In this document: one piece after another, positions 40,309 to 50,511 of the stretch
Layout of the letters: the number at the start of each line of letters is the position of its first letter
Position numbering within the stretch: the stretch's first letter is position 1
Assembly: GCA_963815115.1 (NCBI GenBank)
Contig: CAWFFN010000009.1
Coordinates: 416,001-480,000, forward strand
DNA: 64,000 nt
Source of the DNA: an uncultured delta proteobacterium
GTDB taxonomy: Bacteria > Desulfobacterota > Binatia > DP-6
Direction of reading: 5' to 3'
The notes under the pieces: generated by a model
What the model saw: only the letters and a program-made list of their open reading frames with translations
What the model was told of the DNA's origin: nothing
Database searches by the model: none
Position numbers and translations under genes: made by a program

Positions 40309-43092
40309 ATGGTCCTCGGACGATTCGCAGTGGCCGCGGTCATCGTGCTCGTAGCCGCGCTGGCATCCGCGCCGGCGCGCGTTCCCGAGCGCCGCTGCCA
40401 GGCGGCGATCTCGGAGGCGGGGCGGCGGCTCTTCGACGCCTCCCTCATCACCCTCGCCTCGTGCCGGCGCGCGATCGCGCGCGGTGCGCTGCCGGCGGGA
40501 ACCGACTGCGCTGCGGTGCGAGGGACGACGCGGAAGCAGGCCAGTGCCAAGGCAGATGCCGCGCGCCATCTGCGGCGAGCCTGCAGCGATGCCGAGGTCG
40601 TCTCGCTGGCTCCGGCCGGCGCGTGTGCGGGCACCGGGACCGTCGCCGGCCTGACGACGTGTCTCGCCGGGAGCAATGCGGCCGACGCCGAGGCGCTGCT
40701 CGCGGTCGCCGATGCCGCGCATGGCTCCCTACCGCGCGCCGCGCGCAGGTGCGCCGCGCGGGCATCCCTCCATGTCCGGCGCTTCGCGCTCGAGCGCGTG
40801 GGGCTGATCCAGCGGTGCAAGCAGGGCCCTGCGCACCTGCGCCTTCCGCCCGGCGAAACGTGCAGCAGCGAGCCGGATACGCAACGGCGGATCGCGCGCC
40901 GGCGCTCCCGTGCAGCGGACCGGATCGCCGCCGCCTGCAGCCCGCCCGCCCTGTCCGCGACCCCCTTCGGCGCGCCGTGCGACGCGGCGGCGAGCGGCGC
41001 GGGCCTGGCCGAGTGCCTGCTCGAGCAGGCAGACGCCGCCGCGGGGGAGGCGATCGCGACGGAGTTCCGTGACCCCGGCGCGTGCGGGGACTCGGCGGAC
41101 GCGGTCGAGCAACGGGTCGATGCGCTCCTGGCAGACATGACGCTCGCGCAGAAGCTCGATCAGATGCGCGGAAAGACGCTCGGCACCGGCGGCTGGCGCA
41201 CCCCGGACGAACCGTCGCTGGGGCTCCCCGGCTTCGGCATGCTCGACGGTCCGCGCGGCGTGAGCGCGCTCATCGGCGGGCACGCGACGGCGTTCCCGGT
41301 GGCAGTCGCACGGGGGGCGTCCTGGGATCCGGCGCTCGAGGAGCGCGTGGGCGAGGCGATCGGCGCCGAGGCGCGCGCCAAGCAGGCGAGCGTGCTGCTC
41401 GCGCCGACGGTGAACATCCTGCGGCACCCGCGCTGGGGGCGGGCGCAGGAGACCTACGGCGAGGACACGCTGCACCTCGGCCAGATGGGCGCCGGCTTCG
41501 TCCGCGGCGCCCAGCAGCACGTGATCGCGAGCGCGAAGCACCTGGCGCTGAACAGCATCGAGGACACGCGGCTCGATCTGAACGTCACCGTGGACGAGCG
41601 CTCGCTGCGTGAGGTCTACCTTCCCCACTTCCGCATCCTGGTTCAGCAGGCGCACGTGGGCTCGGTGATGGCGGCGTACAACTCGGTGAACGGCCAGTAC
41701 TGCGCGGAGAACGTCCACCTGCTGCACGACGTCCTGAAGGGCGACTGGGATTTCCAGGGCTTCGTCGAGTCGGACTGGATCTTCGGCATGCACGGGACGG
41801 CGACCTCGGCGAACGCCGGGCTCGACATCGAGATGCCGGTGCCCAACTTCTACGGGCCGCCACTGGCGAGCGCGGTCACGGCCGGGACGGTCTCGCAGGC
41901 CGTGATCGACGATGCCGTGCGCCGCGTCCTGCGCGCCAAGCTCTGCTTCCGCCTCGACACCGATCCGCCCGTCGCCGACCCCGCCACGATCGAGAGCCCG
42001 GCGCATCTCGACCTCGCGCTCGAGGCGGAGCGCGAGGGCATCGTGCTGCTGAAGAACGCCGGTGCGTCACTCCCGCTCGATCGCGCCCGGATGCGATCCG
42101 TGGCCGTCCTCGGCGGCCTCGCCGCCACCGTCAACCTCGGCGACCACGGCAGCAGCGACGTGTCCCCGTCCTTCGCCGTCACGCCTCTCGACGGCATCCG
42201 GAGCCAGGCCCCCGGCGTCAGCGTGACCGACCTCTCGGCGTCGACGATGTCGGATGCCGATCGCGCGACCGTGGCATCGGCAGACGCGGCCGTCGTCGTC
42301 GTGGGGCTGACCGCCGACGACGAGAGCGAGCGCGTCTTCACCGTCGGCGATCGGAAGTCGCTCGACCTGTCGCCGGCGCAGAACGAGCTGGTCGCGACGG
42401 TGGCCGCCCTCAACCCGCGCACGATCGTGGTGCTGGAGGGCAGTGGCGCAGTCACGATGCCGTGGGTGAACGACGTCGGCGCGATCCTGATGGCGTGGTA
42501 CCCCGGGCAGGAAGGAGGACGGGCGATCGCGGACGTGCTGTTCGGCGACGTCAATCCGTCGGGAAAGCTGCCCGTCACCTTCCCGGTCCGCGAAGCCGAC
42601 CTGCCGCCCTTCGACGACCACAGCACGCAGGTGACCTACGGCTACTTCCACGGCTACCGCTGGGTCGATCGCCTGGGCATCGCGCCCCTCTTCCCGTTCG
42701 GCTTCGGGCTCTCCTACACCACGTTCCGCTACGCGAACCTGACCCTGGAGCGCTCCAGCTTCTCGCCGGCGGGACGGCTGCGCGCCACGGTGGAGGTGAC
42801 GAACACGGGGAGCGTCGCGGGTGACGAGATCGCGCAGCTCTACGTGAGCTATCCCGGCTCCCGGGTGGAGCGCGCGGTCCAGGACCTGAAGGCCTTCGCC
42901 CGCGTGCACCTGGAGCCGGGCGAGACGCGGACGGTCGTCTTCGGGGTTCGCGCCGCGGATCTCGCGTACTGGGACGTCGCCGCCGGTGGGTGGACGGTCG
43001 AGCCGACGACCTACGGCGTTCGCGTCGGCGGATCGTCGAGGGACCTGCCTCTCGAAGCGACCTTCACGGTCGCCCGGGACGCCCAGCCATGA
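40309..43092 (+). CDS. Secreted GH3 beta-glucosidase with Cys-rich N-terminal domain
   Basis: DGPRGV, WGRAQETYGED, AKH, VESDW, WYPGQEGG, PFGFGLSYT, Fn3-like C-terminus. Confidence 0.9.
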   Translation: MVLGRFAVAAVIVLVAALASAPARVPERRCQAAISEAGRRLFDASLITLASCRRAIARGALPAGTDCAAVRGTTRKQASAKADAARHLRRACSDAEVVSLAPAGACAGTGTVAGLTTCLAGSNAADAEALLAVADAAHGSLPRAARRCAARASLHVRRFALERVGLIQRCKQGPAHLRLPPGETCSSEPDTQRRIARRRSRAADRIAAACSPPALSATPFGAPCDAAASGAGLAECLLEQADAAAGEAIATEFRDPGACGDSADAVEQRVDALLADMTLAQKLDQMRGKTLGTGGWRTPDEPSLGLPGFGMLDGPRGVSALIGGHATAFPVAVARGASWDPALEERVGEAIGAEARAKQASVLLAPTVNILRHPRWGRAQETYGEDTLHLGQMGAGFVRGAQQHVIASAKHLALNSIEDTRLDLNVTVDERSLREVYLPHFRILVQQAHVGSVMAAYNSVNGQYCAENVHLLHDVLKGDWDFQGFVESDWIFGMHGTATSANAGLDIEMPVPNFYGPPLASAVTAGTVSQAVIDDAVRRVLRAKLCFRLDTDPPVADPATIESPAHLDLALEAEREGIVLLKNAGASLPLDRARMRSVAVLGGLAATVNLGDHGSSDVSPSFAVTPLDGIRSQAPGVSVTDLSASTMSDADRATVASADAAVVVVGLTADDESERVFTVGDRKSLDLSPAQNELVATVAALNPRTIVVLEGSGAVTMPWVNDVGAILMAWYPGQEGGRAIADVLFGDVNPSGKLPVTFPVREADLPPFDDHSTQVTYGYFHGYRWVDRLGIAPLFPFGFGLSYTTFRYANLTLERSSFSPAGRLRATVEVTNTGSVAGDEIAQLYVSYPGSRVERAVQDLKAFARVHLEPGETRTVVFGVRAADLAYWDVAAGGWTVEPTTYGVRVGGSSRDLPLEATFTVARDAQP

Positions 43093-44030
43093 GTGGACGG
43101 CGATCGCCGCTCGCCCTCGTGGCGGCGCTGGCCCTGCTCGCCGTGGGCCGCACGGCAGCGGCCGCGTTCCCGGTGGGCACGACGACCCGCACCTTCACCA
43201 CCACCTCGGTCGGCGGCACGCCACGAACCCTGAGCACCATCCTGTGGTATCCGGCGGTCCGGCGCACCGGCACGCCCGACGCGCTCGGGCTGCGCGACGC
43301 GACGGTGCGCCGCGGCCGCTTCCCGCTCGTCGTCTTCATGCACGGGACCTGCGGCCTGCCGGACGAGGCCACGTACCTGACGAAGGGGCTGGCGAGCCAG
43401 GGATTCGTGGTCGCGGCGCCGGCGCATCCCGGGCTCACGCTCGACGACCTTCCGGGCTGTCTCTCGCTCGGAGCGACGATCGAGGCGGGGGCGAACGCCC
43501 TGCCCGACGTGCGTGTCGTGATCGACGCGATGCTGGCCGAGGCCGGCGACCCTTCGTCACGCTTCGGGAAACGTCTTCGGCCCGACGCCATCGCAATGGC
43601 CGGCCTGTCGTTCGGTGGCTGGGCCACCCTGCTCGGGGCGCAGGAAGAGCCCGGCGTGCGGGCCGCGCTCGCGCTCGTGCCGGGAGGAACCGCGCTGCTC
43701 CCGCCCGGCGACATCGCCGTCCCGACGATGGTGATCGGCTCGGAACGCGATCAGGTGGTCGGCTTCGCGGAGTCGGAGACGGCCTACCAGCGGCTGGCGG
43801 GCCCGCGCTTCCTCGTCGAGCTGCTCGGGGGCAACCACCTCAGCGTCGTGGATTCGTGCTCCAACCTCTGCGTTCCCGGGGACATCTCGCAGGACGATGC
43901 CCACCGTCTCGTCCTGCACTACGCCGTGCCGTTCCTGCGGCGCTACGTGGCGGGACGAGCGGTGGCAATCCGGCGGCTCGCGCGCCCCGTGCGGGGCGTC
44001 ACGGTCGAGGCCGAGCAGCGGCGCAGGTGA
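43089..44030 (+). CDS. Secreted alpha/beta hydrolase
   Basis: FPLVVFMHG, GLSFGG nucleophile elbow, ERD, GNH. Confidence 0.85.
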   Translation: MSGRRSPLALVAALALLAVGRTAAAAFPVGTTTRTFTTTSVGGTPRTLSTILWYPAVRRTGTPDALGLRDATVRRGRFPLVVFMHGTCGLPDEATYLTKGLASQGFVVAAPAHPGLTLDDLPGCLSLGATIEAGANALPDVRVVIDAMLAEAGDPSSRFGKRLRPDAIAMAGLSFGGWATLLGAQEEPGVRAALALVPGGTALLPPGDIAVPTMVIGSERDQVVGFAESETAYQRLAGPRFLVELLGGNHLSVVDSCSNLCVPGDISQDDAHRLVLHYAVPFLRRYVAGRAVAIRRLARPVRGVTVEAEQRRR

Positions 44031-44043
44031 CGTCCGGCCGACC

Positions 44044-45174
44044 TCACGCGTCGGCGGCCGACGAGAGCTTCTGGAGCCGGTCGACGGCCTCGAGATACTC
44101 CTGCACGAGATCGTAGATCACCTCGCGCACGGGGCGCACGCGGTTCATCTGTCCGACGATCTGGCCGACCGGGTTGAACATCACGTCTCTCGCCTTGTCG
44201 GCATAGCGATGGACGCGTGCCACGGCGTCCGCGGTGACCATGAACTGGAGCGGCATGCCGAGCGGCTTCGGGGAACCGGGAGCCTCCCAGGCCTCGGTCC
44301 AGTCGTTGCGCAGCATGCGGCACGGCTTGCCGGTGAAGGAGCGCGAGCGGACCGTGTCCCTGCTGCTGGCGGCGAGAAGGGCGTCACGCTGTGCGGGCGG
44401 CGACTCGGCCTCCTGGACGGTCAGCCAGATCGAGCCCGTCCACACGCCCTGCGCGCCGACGGCGAGCGCCGCCGCGATCTGGCGGCCGGTGCCGATGCCG
44501 CCTGCGGCCAGCACGGGGGTGGGCGCGACCGCGTCGATCACCTCGGGCCACAGCACGACGCTGCCGATCTCGCCGGTATGCCCGCCGCCCTCGGAGCCCT
44601 GGGCGACGATGATGTCGACGCCGGCGGCCTGGTGCGCGCGCGCCTGCTTCGATGAGCCGCAGAGCGCCGTCACCAGGCGCCCGGAGTCGTGGATGCGATC
44701 GATGACGTCGGCCGGCGGCGTGCCGAGGGCATTGGCGATGAGGCGGACCTTGGGATGACGGAGCGCGACGTCGATCTGGGGATTGGCCGTCGCGGCCGTC
44801 CAGCCCAGCAGCTCGCCGACGGGCCGCTCGCCCTCGGGCAGCCTCGGGACGCCGTGGTCGGAGAGAAGCTTGTCCGCGAAGCGACGATGCTCCTCGGGGA
44901 CTGCCGCCCGCAGCATCTCCTCGAGCTTCTTGGGATCGACCTCGCCCATGCCCTCGTACTTGCCCGGGATGACGACGTCGACGCCGTAGGGCCGGTCGCC
45001 GACGTGCTCGTCGATCCAGCGGCACTCGACCTCGAGCTGGTCGGGGGGAAACCCGACCGCGCCGAGGACGCCCAGACCGCCGGCGCGGCTGACGGCCGCG
45101 ACGACGTCGCGGCAGTGGCTGAACGCGAAGATGGGAAACTCGATGCCCAGGCGATTGCAGAGCTCGGTGCGCAC
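44044..45174 (-). CDS. Nitronate monooxygenase / FabK-like FMN dehydrogenase
   Basis: PIFAFSHCRDVVAAVS, AQGSEGGGHTG, LAAGGIG. Confidence 0.9.
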   Translation of the reverse strand: MRTELCNRLGIEFPIFAFSHCRDVVAAVSRAGGLGVLGAVGFPPDQLEVECRWIDEHVGDRPYGVDVVIPGKYEGMGEVDPKKLEEMLRAAVPEEHRRFADKLLSDHGVPRLPEGERPVGELLGWTAATANPQIDVALRHPKVRLIANALGTPPADVIDRIHDSGRLVTALCGSSKQARAHQAAGVDIIVAQGSEGGGHTGEIGSVVLWPEVIDAVAPTPVLAAGGIGTGRQIAAALAVGAQGVWTGSIWLTVQEAESPPAQRDALLAASSRDTVRSRSFTGKPCRMLRNDWTEAWEAPGSPKPLGMPLQFMVTADAVARVHRYADKARDVMFNPVGQIVGQMNRVRPVREVIYDLVQEYLEAVDRLQKLSSAADA

Positions 45175-45237
45175 GATGGACTCCTCTCCGATCCCCCTGG
45201 CCATTCGGGGGTGTCATCCTGTAAACCTCGACGTGAC

Positions 45238-45957
45238 ATGTCGTCAACCAGGAACGGGAAGCCCGGCCGGCCCCGACCCCGCGGCCGGGGTGCGCCGGCC
45301 AGGCTGGCGTCGGGCGAGCGGCGGAGAGACCTCCTGCGCGTCGCCGCCGACCTGCTGACGCGGCACGGAGTCGACGGGGTGCAGATGGCGGAGGTGGCGA
45401 CGACCGGCGGGGTGAGCCGCCAGCTGGTCTACCGCTTCTTCCCCAGCCGGCCCGCGCTCCTGCGGGGCGTGCTGGAGGATTTCGCCGCCGCGCTGACCCG
45501 CGAGTTCGGCCGCCATGCCCTGGATCGCCTGCCGGCGGACATCGAGGAGGCGACGCAGGTGTACGTGGAGGCGGTGTGCGACACCATCGGGGCCCAGGGA
45601 GTCGGTGCCTGGCACCTGCTCGACTCGAAAGGTCCGGATCGGGAGATCGGGCGCCTCGGCCAGGAGATCATGCAGCGCCTCATCCTCCCCTGGCACACTC
45701 GCATCTCGCGGGTGACGGGAAGCGGGGAGCGCGAAGCGGCGATCGTCGCGCGCATGCTGGTGGCGGCGGCGCGAGCGACGCTCGATCTGTGGTGCAGCGG
45801 CGAGATCTCGCGCGAGGAAGCCGTCAGGCACGCGACGCGCGGGGTGACGGCGCTCCTCGCGACCCTGCCGCCGCCGTCCGCTCGCCACGACCGGCTCGCA
45901 TGGCGTCCGCCGACACGCCCGCGGTCGACTCGACGATCCGGATCGCCGCCCGCGTGA
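45238..45957 (+). CDS. TetR family regulator
   Basis: RRRDLLRVA...VSRQLVYRFFPSR; divergent from the monooxygenase. Confidence 0.85.
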   Translation: MSSTRNGKPGRPRPRGRGAPARLASGERRRDLLRVAADLLTRHGVDGVQMAEVATTGGVSRQLVYRFFPSRPALLRGVLEDFAAALTREFGRHALDRLPADIEEATQVYVEAVCDTIGAQGVGAWHLLDSKGPDREIGRLGQEIMQRLILPWHTRISRVTGSGEREAAIVARMLVAAARATLDLWCSGEISREEAVRHATRGVTALLATLPPPSARHDRLAWRPPTRPRSTRRSGSPPA

Positions 45958-47233
45958 CCGGCTCCAGGCTCGGGCGGTGGATCTTGTCCAGCGTGTCCAT
46001 CGCGTCGAAGAGGTAGAACGGCGCGGTCAGGAAGTTCACCAGGGGGACGTCCGCGAGATGGAACGGTCCGCCGTCGGTCGTCGGGTGCGGGCCGAAGATG
46101 TCGGGCGGGAGCACGAGCGAGCGCGTCAGACCCTCCGCCTCGATGGCGTGGCGGACGGCGCCCTCCAGCCGCGGGATGCGGCTGGTGAACCACCAGCGCG
46201 CCTCGGGGTGCCCGGTCGCCGCGAGCACCCCGTCGCGCTCGGCGAGCTCGCTGGCGGCGTGCTCGAGATGGACCTCGAGCACCACGCGGGCGAGCGCGTC
46301 GCGATGTCTCGCGATGAAGGCATGCACGCCGGCGCCGCCGGCCATGTGACCGGCGTTCAGCAGGAAGACGAGGCGGTGCGGGCGCGCGGCCTGCGGCAGG
46401 CGCGACCAGTACGCGGCCTGCGCGAGGACCAGCGCGACGCCCGAGCCGTCCTCGACCGCCGAGGCCCAGGGCCCGTCGTGGTGCGACCCGATGATGACCG
46501 CCTCGTCATCGGCTCCGGGAAGCTCGCCGACCACGTTGTCGCTGGTGATGGTCTCGCGGGCGGCGTCGATCTCGAGCCGCGCCCGCACCGGTCCGCGCTC
46601 CGCGAGCGCTCGCAGGCGCGTGCCGTCGCTTCCCCGGATCCAGACGCCGGGAATCGGCCGCGCGACCCCGTCGTAGGGGACGTAGTAGTCCTTCGAGTCG
46701 CCCGGGTAGTCGCGCAGGACGCCGACGAAGCCGGCGGCGCCCGCCGCGATGGCGGGCTCCATCACCGCCATGAACTCGTGGCCGAACGGCAGGATCTGCG
46801 CGGCGCCGGCGAACGACTCCTCCGGGTCGTACGACCAGGTGGCGCGGCCGGCGAGCGCGGCGTGCGGCATGCGCATGAGGGAGACCTCGTGCAGTGCGAT
46901 GGCGCCGCGCACGCGTTCGGGCGCTGCCGGGTCGAACGGCACCAGCGCGGCCTCGGTTCCCCGCGTGGCGCTCGCGTGGGGAAGCGGGAAGCAGTCGATC
47001 GCCCGGGATTCTCCCTCGCCGCCGACGGTCAGCGCGCACCGCTTCGGTTCCCAGTAGGGCAGCGTGACCGGTTCGCGCCGCACGTCCTCCAGGCCGAGCT
47101 CGCGCAGCGTCCGTTCGGTCCATCCCTCGGCCCAGCGGTCGGCCGGATACCCGGGCCGGCGGATGCCCCGGCTGAAGACGTCCTCGATCCAGCCGAGTAT
47201 CCGGCGCTCCGGGGGAACGAGATCGCCGCGCAT
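45824..47233 (-). CDS. M28-like metallopeptidase with PA domain
   Basis: IIGSHHDG, AVEDGSG, HLEH. Confidence 0.7.
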   Translation of the reverse strand: MRGDLVPPERRILGWIEDVFSRGIRRPGYPADRWAEGWTERTLRELGLEDVRREPVTLPYWEPKRCALTVGGEGESRAIDCFPLPHASATRGTEAALVPFDPAAPERVRGAIALHEVSLMRMPHAALAGRATWSYDPEESFAGAAQILPFGHEFMAVMEPAIAAGAAGFVGVLRDYPGDSKDYYVPYDGVARPIPGVWIRGSDGTRLRALAERGPVRARLEIDAARETITSDNVVGELPGADDEAVIIGSHHDGPWASAVEDGSGVALVLAQAAYWSRLPQAARPHRLVFLLNAGHMAGGAGVHAFIARHRDALARVVLEVHLEHAASELAERDGVLAATGHPEARWWFTSRIPRLEGAVRHAIEAEGLTRSLVLPPDIFGPHPTTDGGPFHLADVPLVNFLTAPFYLFDAMDTLDKIHRPSLEPVTRAAIRIVESTAGVSADAMRAGRGERTAAAGSRGAPSPRASRA

Positions 47234-47330
47234 CGTGCGCCAGCCTCTGCCGTCGGCGACCCGCGGGTGTCAAGCGAATGGCGGCCGCTTGTGGCCACCG
47301 GCGGGCGAGTGCTAGGCGGGCGGCGGGAGG

Positions 47331-47606
47331 ATGAAGCGCACCCTCAGGTTCATGCTCGTGGGCGCGATCGTCGGCGTGCTGGTGGCGTCGGTCGTCGTTC
47401 CGCCGCTGCTGATCTGGTACAACGAGCCGGGCGCGGTCACGCCGGGACATCAGACGGAGATGATCTGCAACGTCCCGACCCTGATCCGCTACACCACGAG
47501 GCGGCTGCTCCTCGGCCAGGTGATCGGCGGCGTGCTAGGCGCGATGTTCTTTCTCGTGATCACCAGCGTCGCCAGCCGGCGCGAGGATCGAATCGCTCCC
47601 GCCTGA
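47331..47606 (+). CDS. Small two-TM membrane protein
   Basis: GGGAGG RBS; two hydrophobic helices. Confidence 0.6.
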   Translation: MKRTLRFMLVGAIVGVLVASVVVPPLLIWYNEPGAVTPGHQTEMICNVPTLIRYTTRRLLLGQVIGGVLGAMFFLVITSVASRREDRIAPA

Positions 47607-47705
47607 GCGGCCCGCGTACCTGGGTCGACGCGCGCCATCCCCCACGCGGCCCTTCGTCCGCCGTACTTGCCGCTCGGCGGACGGGCGGGCATCCTATCCG
47701 GCTCG

Positions 47706-49373
47706 ATGCTGTCGCTGGCCGGAGTGAGCAAGCGCTACGGGTCGCAGGTAGTGCTCGACGAGGTGAGCTGGGGCGTTCCCGATGGTGCCCGGGTGGGCCT
47801 CACCGGCCCGAACGGTGCCGGCAAGTCGACCCTGCTGCGCATCCTGGCGGGCGAGCTGGAGGCCGACGGCGGGACCATCGCCTTCCCGCGCGGCGCACGC
47901 GTCGGCCATCTGCCGCAGCACATCCTGGGGCTCGGAGGCGAGAGCGTCCTCGGCCACGCCCTCGCCGCCTTCGCCGATCTGCACGCGCTCGAGCAGCGTC
48001 GCGCCGACCTGGAGCATCAGCTCGCCACCGTCGATCCACAGCGCGAGGAATACGCGGCCATCATGGATCGCTACGTCGCGGTGTGTGGGGAGTGGGATCA
48101 CCGCGGCCGCTACGACGTCGAATCGGAGACCGAAGCCGTGCTGCACGGGCTCGGCTTCACCGACGCGGATCTCGACCGGGACCTCGCCGAGCTGTCCGGC
48201 GGCTGGCAGATGCGGGCGGCGCTGGCGCAGCTCCTGCTGCGTCGCCCCGACGTCCTGCTGCTCGACGAGCCGACGAACTATCTCGACCTCGAGGCGCGCA
48301 CCTGGCTGGAGGAGTTCCTGGTCGCCTACCCCGGCACCCTCATCATGGTGGCGCACGATCGCTACTTCCTCGACGTCGCGGTCGATCACATCGCCGAGGT
48401 CCTGCACGGCAAGGTCACCGACTACCCGATGAACTACAGCCGCTACCTCGACGAGCGCGAGACGCGCCTCGAGCAGGCCCGCCTCGCCTACGAGACGCAG
48501 AGGGAGGAGATCGAGCGCATCGAGGCGTTCATCTCCCGCTTCCGCTACCAGGCCTCGAAGGCGGCGCTGGTGCAGAGCCGCGTGAAGCAGCTCGAACGCC
48601 TGGAGCGATTGCCGCCACCCGACGGCCACGACCGCACCCTCAAGATCCGCCTGCCGGAGGCGCCGCGGGGCGGACGGGTCACGCTCGCGCTCGAGGGCGC
48701 CCGCCAGCGCTACGGCGAGCGCGAGGTGTACGGCGGCATCGACGTCACCATCGAGCGCGGCACCCGCGTGGCGCTCGTGGGACCGAACGGGGCGGGCAAG
48801 ACGACCCTCCTCAAGATGCTCGCCGGCGTGCTTCCCCTCGACGGCGGGACGCGGACCGTCGGGCACAACGTCCGGATCGGCTACTTCGCGCAGGATCACG
48901 CCGAGGCGCTCGACATGAGCCGGAGCGCTCTCGCTGAGGTGATGAGCGTGGCCACGATGGAGACTGCGCCGCACGTACGCGGGCTGCTCGGCGCCTTCCT
49001 CTTCTCGGGCGACGCGGTGGAGAAGCGGGTCGGCGTGCTCTCCGGCGGCGAGCGCAGCCGCCTCGCGCTGGCCAAGCTCCTGCTCGAGCCGATGAACTGC
49101 CTGCTCCTCGACGAGCCCACGAACCATCTCGATCTCACCGCCAAGGAGATCCTGCTCGACGCCCTCCTCGCCTACCGCGGCAGCATCGTCATCGTGGCGC
49201 ACGACCGCTACATCCTCGACCGGCTGCCGTCGCAGATGATCGAGGTCGGCCACGGCCGCGCGACGCGCTACCTCGGCAACTACGAGGACTACCTGCGCCA
49301 GAAGGCCGCGGCCGAGGAGGCCGCGGTGGCGGCAGCGGCGCGTCCGTCGAAGGCGCCGGCGCGGGCGCGCTAG
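47706..49373 (+). CDS. ABC-F family ATPase
   Basis: Two NBDs (GPNGAGKS, LSGG, LLLDEPTN), no TM segments. Confidence 0.95.
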   Translation: MLSLAGVSKRYGSQVVLDEVSWGVPDGARVGLTGPNGAGKSTLLRILAGELEADGGTIAFPRGARVGHLPQHILGLGGESVLGHALAAFADLHALEQRRADLEHQLATVDPQREEYAAIMDRYVAVCGEWDHRGRYDVESETEAVLHGLGFTDADLDRDLAELSGGWQMRAALAQLLLRRPDVLLLDEPTNYLDLEARTWLEEFLVAYPGTLIMVAHDRYFLDVAVDHIAEVLHGKVTDYPMNYSRYLDERETRLEQARLAYETQREEIERIEAFISRFRYQASKAALVQSRVKQLERLERLPPPDGHDRTLKIRLPEAPRGGRVTLALEGARQRYGEREVYGGIDVTIERGTRVALVGPNGAGKTTLLKMLAGVLPLDGGTRTVGHNVRIGYFAQDHAEALDMSRSALAEVMSVATMETAPHVRGLLGAFLFSGDAVEKRVGVLSGGERSRLALAKLLLEPMNCLLLDEPTNHLDLTAKEILLDALLAYRGSIVIVAHDRYILDRLPSQMIEVGHGRATRYLGNYEDYLRQKAAAEEAAVAAAARPSKAPARAR

Positions 49374-49379
49374 GATGCG

Positions 49380-49404
49380 CGACCCGAGACTTCGTCTCGG
49401 GTCG
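49380..49404. terminator. Perfect hairpin between convergent genes
   Basis: CGACCCGAGAC-TTC-GTCTCGGGTCG; no U-tract. Confidence 0.45.
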
Positions 49405-49527
49405 AGGGGGGAGCGAGCGTGTGGCGTTGGGTGGATCGGCGGACGTCGTGCCGCGGCCGGCAAAGCCGGCGCGGCAGAACGTGGCACGCCCGAGGCCCGA
49501 CCCGGCGGAGTCTCGGGGCGCGCGCAG

Positions 49528-50511
49528 CTAGCCGTGCGCGCGGACCGCGGCGCAGCGGCCCGCGCCGAGCAGCCCGGCCTGGTCGTTCAGCACGACGCGC
49601 ACGGGCATCGATTCGAGCAGCGGGCGCATGCGTCCCTTGGCCAGGAAGCGCGCGCGGAAGGTGCCGTCTTTCAGCTTGGAGACGATGCGCGGCGCGATGC
49701 CGCCGCCCAGGTACACCCCGCCGGTGGCCATCACCTTGAGGGCGGCGTTGCCAGCCTCGGAGCCGTACAGGCCGACGAAGCGGTGCAGCGCCTCGACGCA
49801 GAGCGGGCTCTTCTCCTCGAGCGCCATGCTGGAGATGGTCGAGCCGGGGTCGTCCTGGCGGAGCGCGTCCGCGAGCCACGCCGGCTCCTCGCCCCGGCCG
49901 GTGTCGCGCAGGAACTCGTAGATCGACACCAGGCCCGGCCCCGACACGACGCGCTCCCAGCTCACGTGTCCCCCGAGGCGGCGCCGGAGCCAGGCGAGCA
50001 GCTCGGCCTCGACGTCGTCGTCGGGAGCGAAGTTGGCGTGGCCGCCCTCGGTGGCGAAGGGATGATGGCGCTGGCCGTCCCAGTACAGTCCCGCCTCTCC
50101 GAGGCCGGTCCCGGCGGCGACCACCGCGACGTTGCCCGCCGCGTCCGGGGCACCCGGCGACAGCTCCGCGAGCTCGTGCCCCTCCAGCGCCGCGAGACCC
50201 CACGCCGTCGCCTCCAGGTCGTTGATCACCCAGGTGCGAGCGCCGAGCTCGCGGGCGAGCTCGGCGGCGTCGATGACCCACGGCAGGTTCGTCGCCACGC
50301 TGCGCCCGTTCTTCACGGGACCGGCAACGCCGAAGCAGGCCGCGCCGACCCGCACGCCCGTCTCCTCGAGGAAGCGGCGCACGATGACGACGAGCCCGTC
50401 GTGCTCGCGGCTCGGATAGGTGTGATCGGGAGCATCGCCAGGCCGCCGCCCGTCGTCGTCGAACACGGCCAGCCGCGTGTGTGTGCCGCCGATGTCGCCG
50501 CCGAGGATCAT
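49528..50511 (-). CDS. glk: Glucokinase
   Basis: GDIGGT, GVAGPV, INDLEA, GTGLG, TEGGH, GGVYLGGGI. Confidence 0.95.
   Translation of the reverse strand: MILGGDIGGTHTRLAVFDDDGRRPGDAPDHTYPSREHDGLVVIVRRFLEETGVRVGAACFGVAGPVKNGRSVATNLPWVIDAAELARELGARTWVINDLEATAWGLAALEGHELAELSPGAPDAAGNVAVVAAGTGLGEAGLYWDGQRHHPFATEGGHANFAPDDDVEAELLAWLRRRLGGHVSWERVVSGPGLVSIYEFLRDTGRGEEPAWLADALRQDDPGSTISSMALEEKSPLCVEALHRFVGLYGSEAGNAALKVMATGGVYLGGGIAPRIVSKLKDGTFRARFLAKGRMRPLLESMPVRVVLNDQAGLLGAGRCAAVRAHG

Noticed and set aside
45824-45957. 134-bp convergent overlap of TetR and the M28-like gene
   Set aside because: Both tails are low-complexity read-through, most likely from a lost stop or an indel rather than function.
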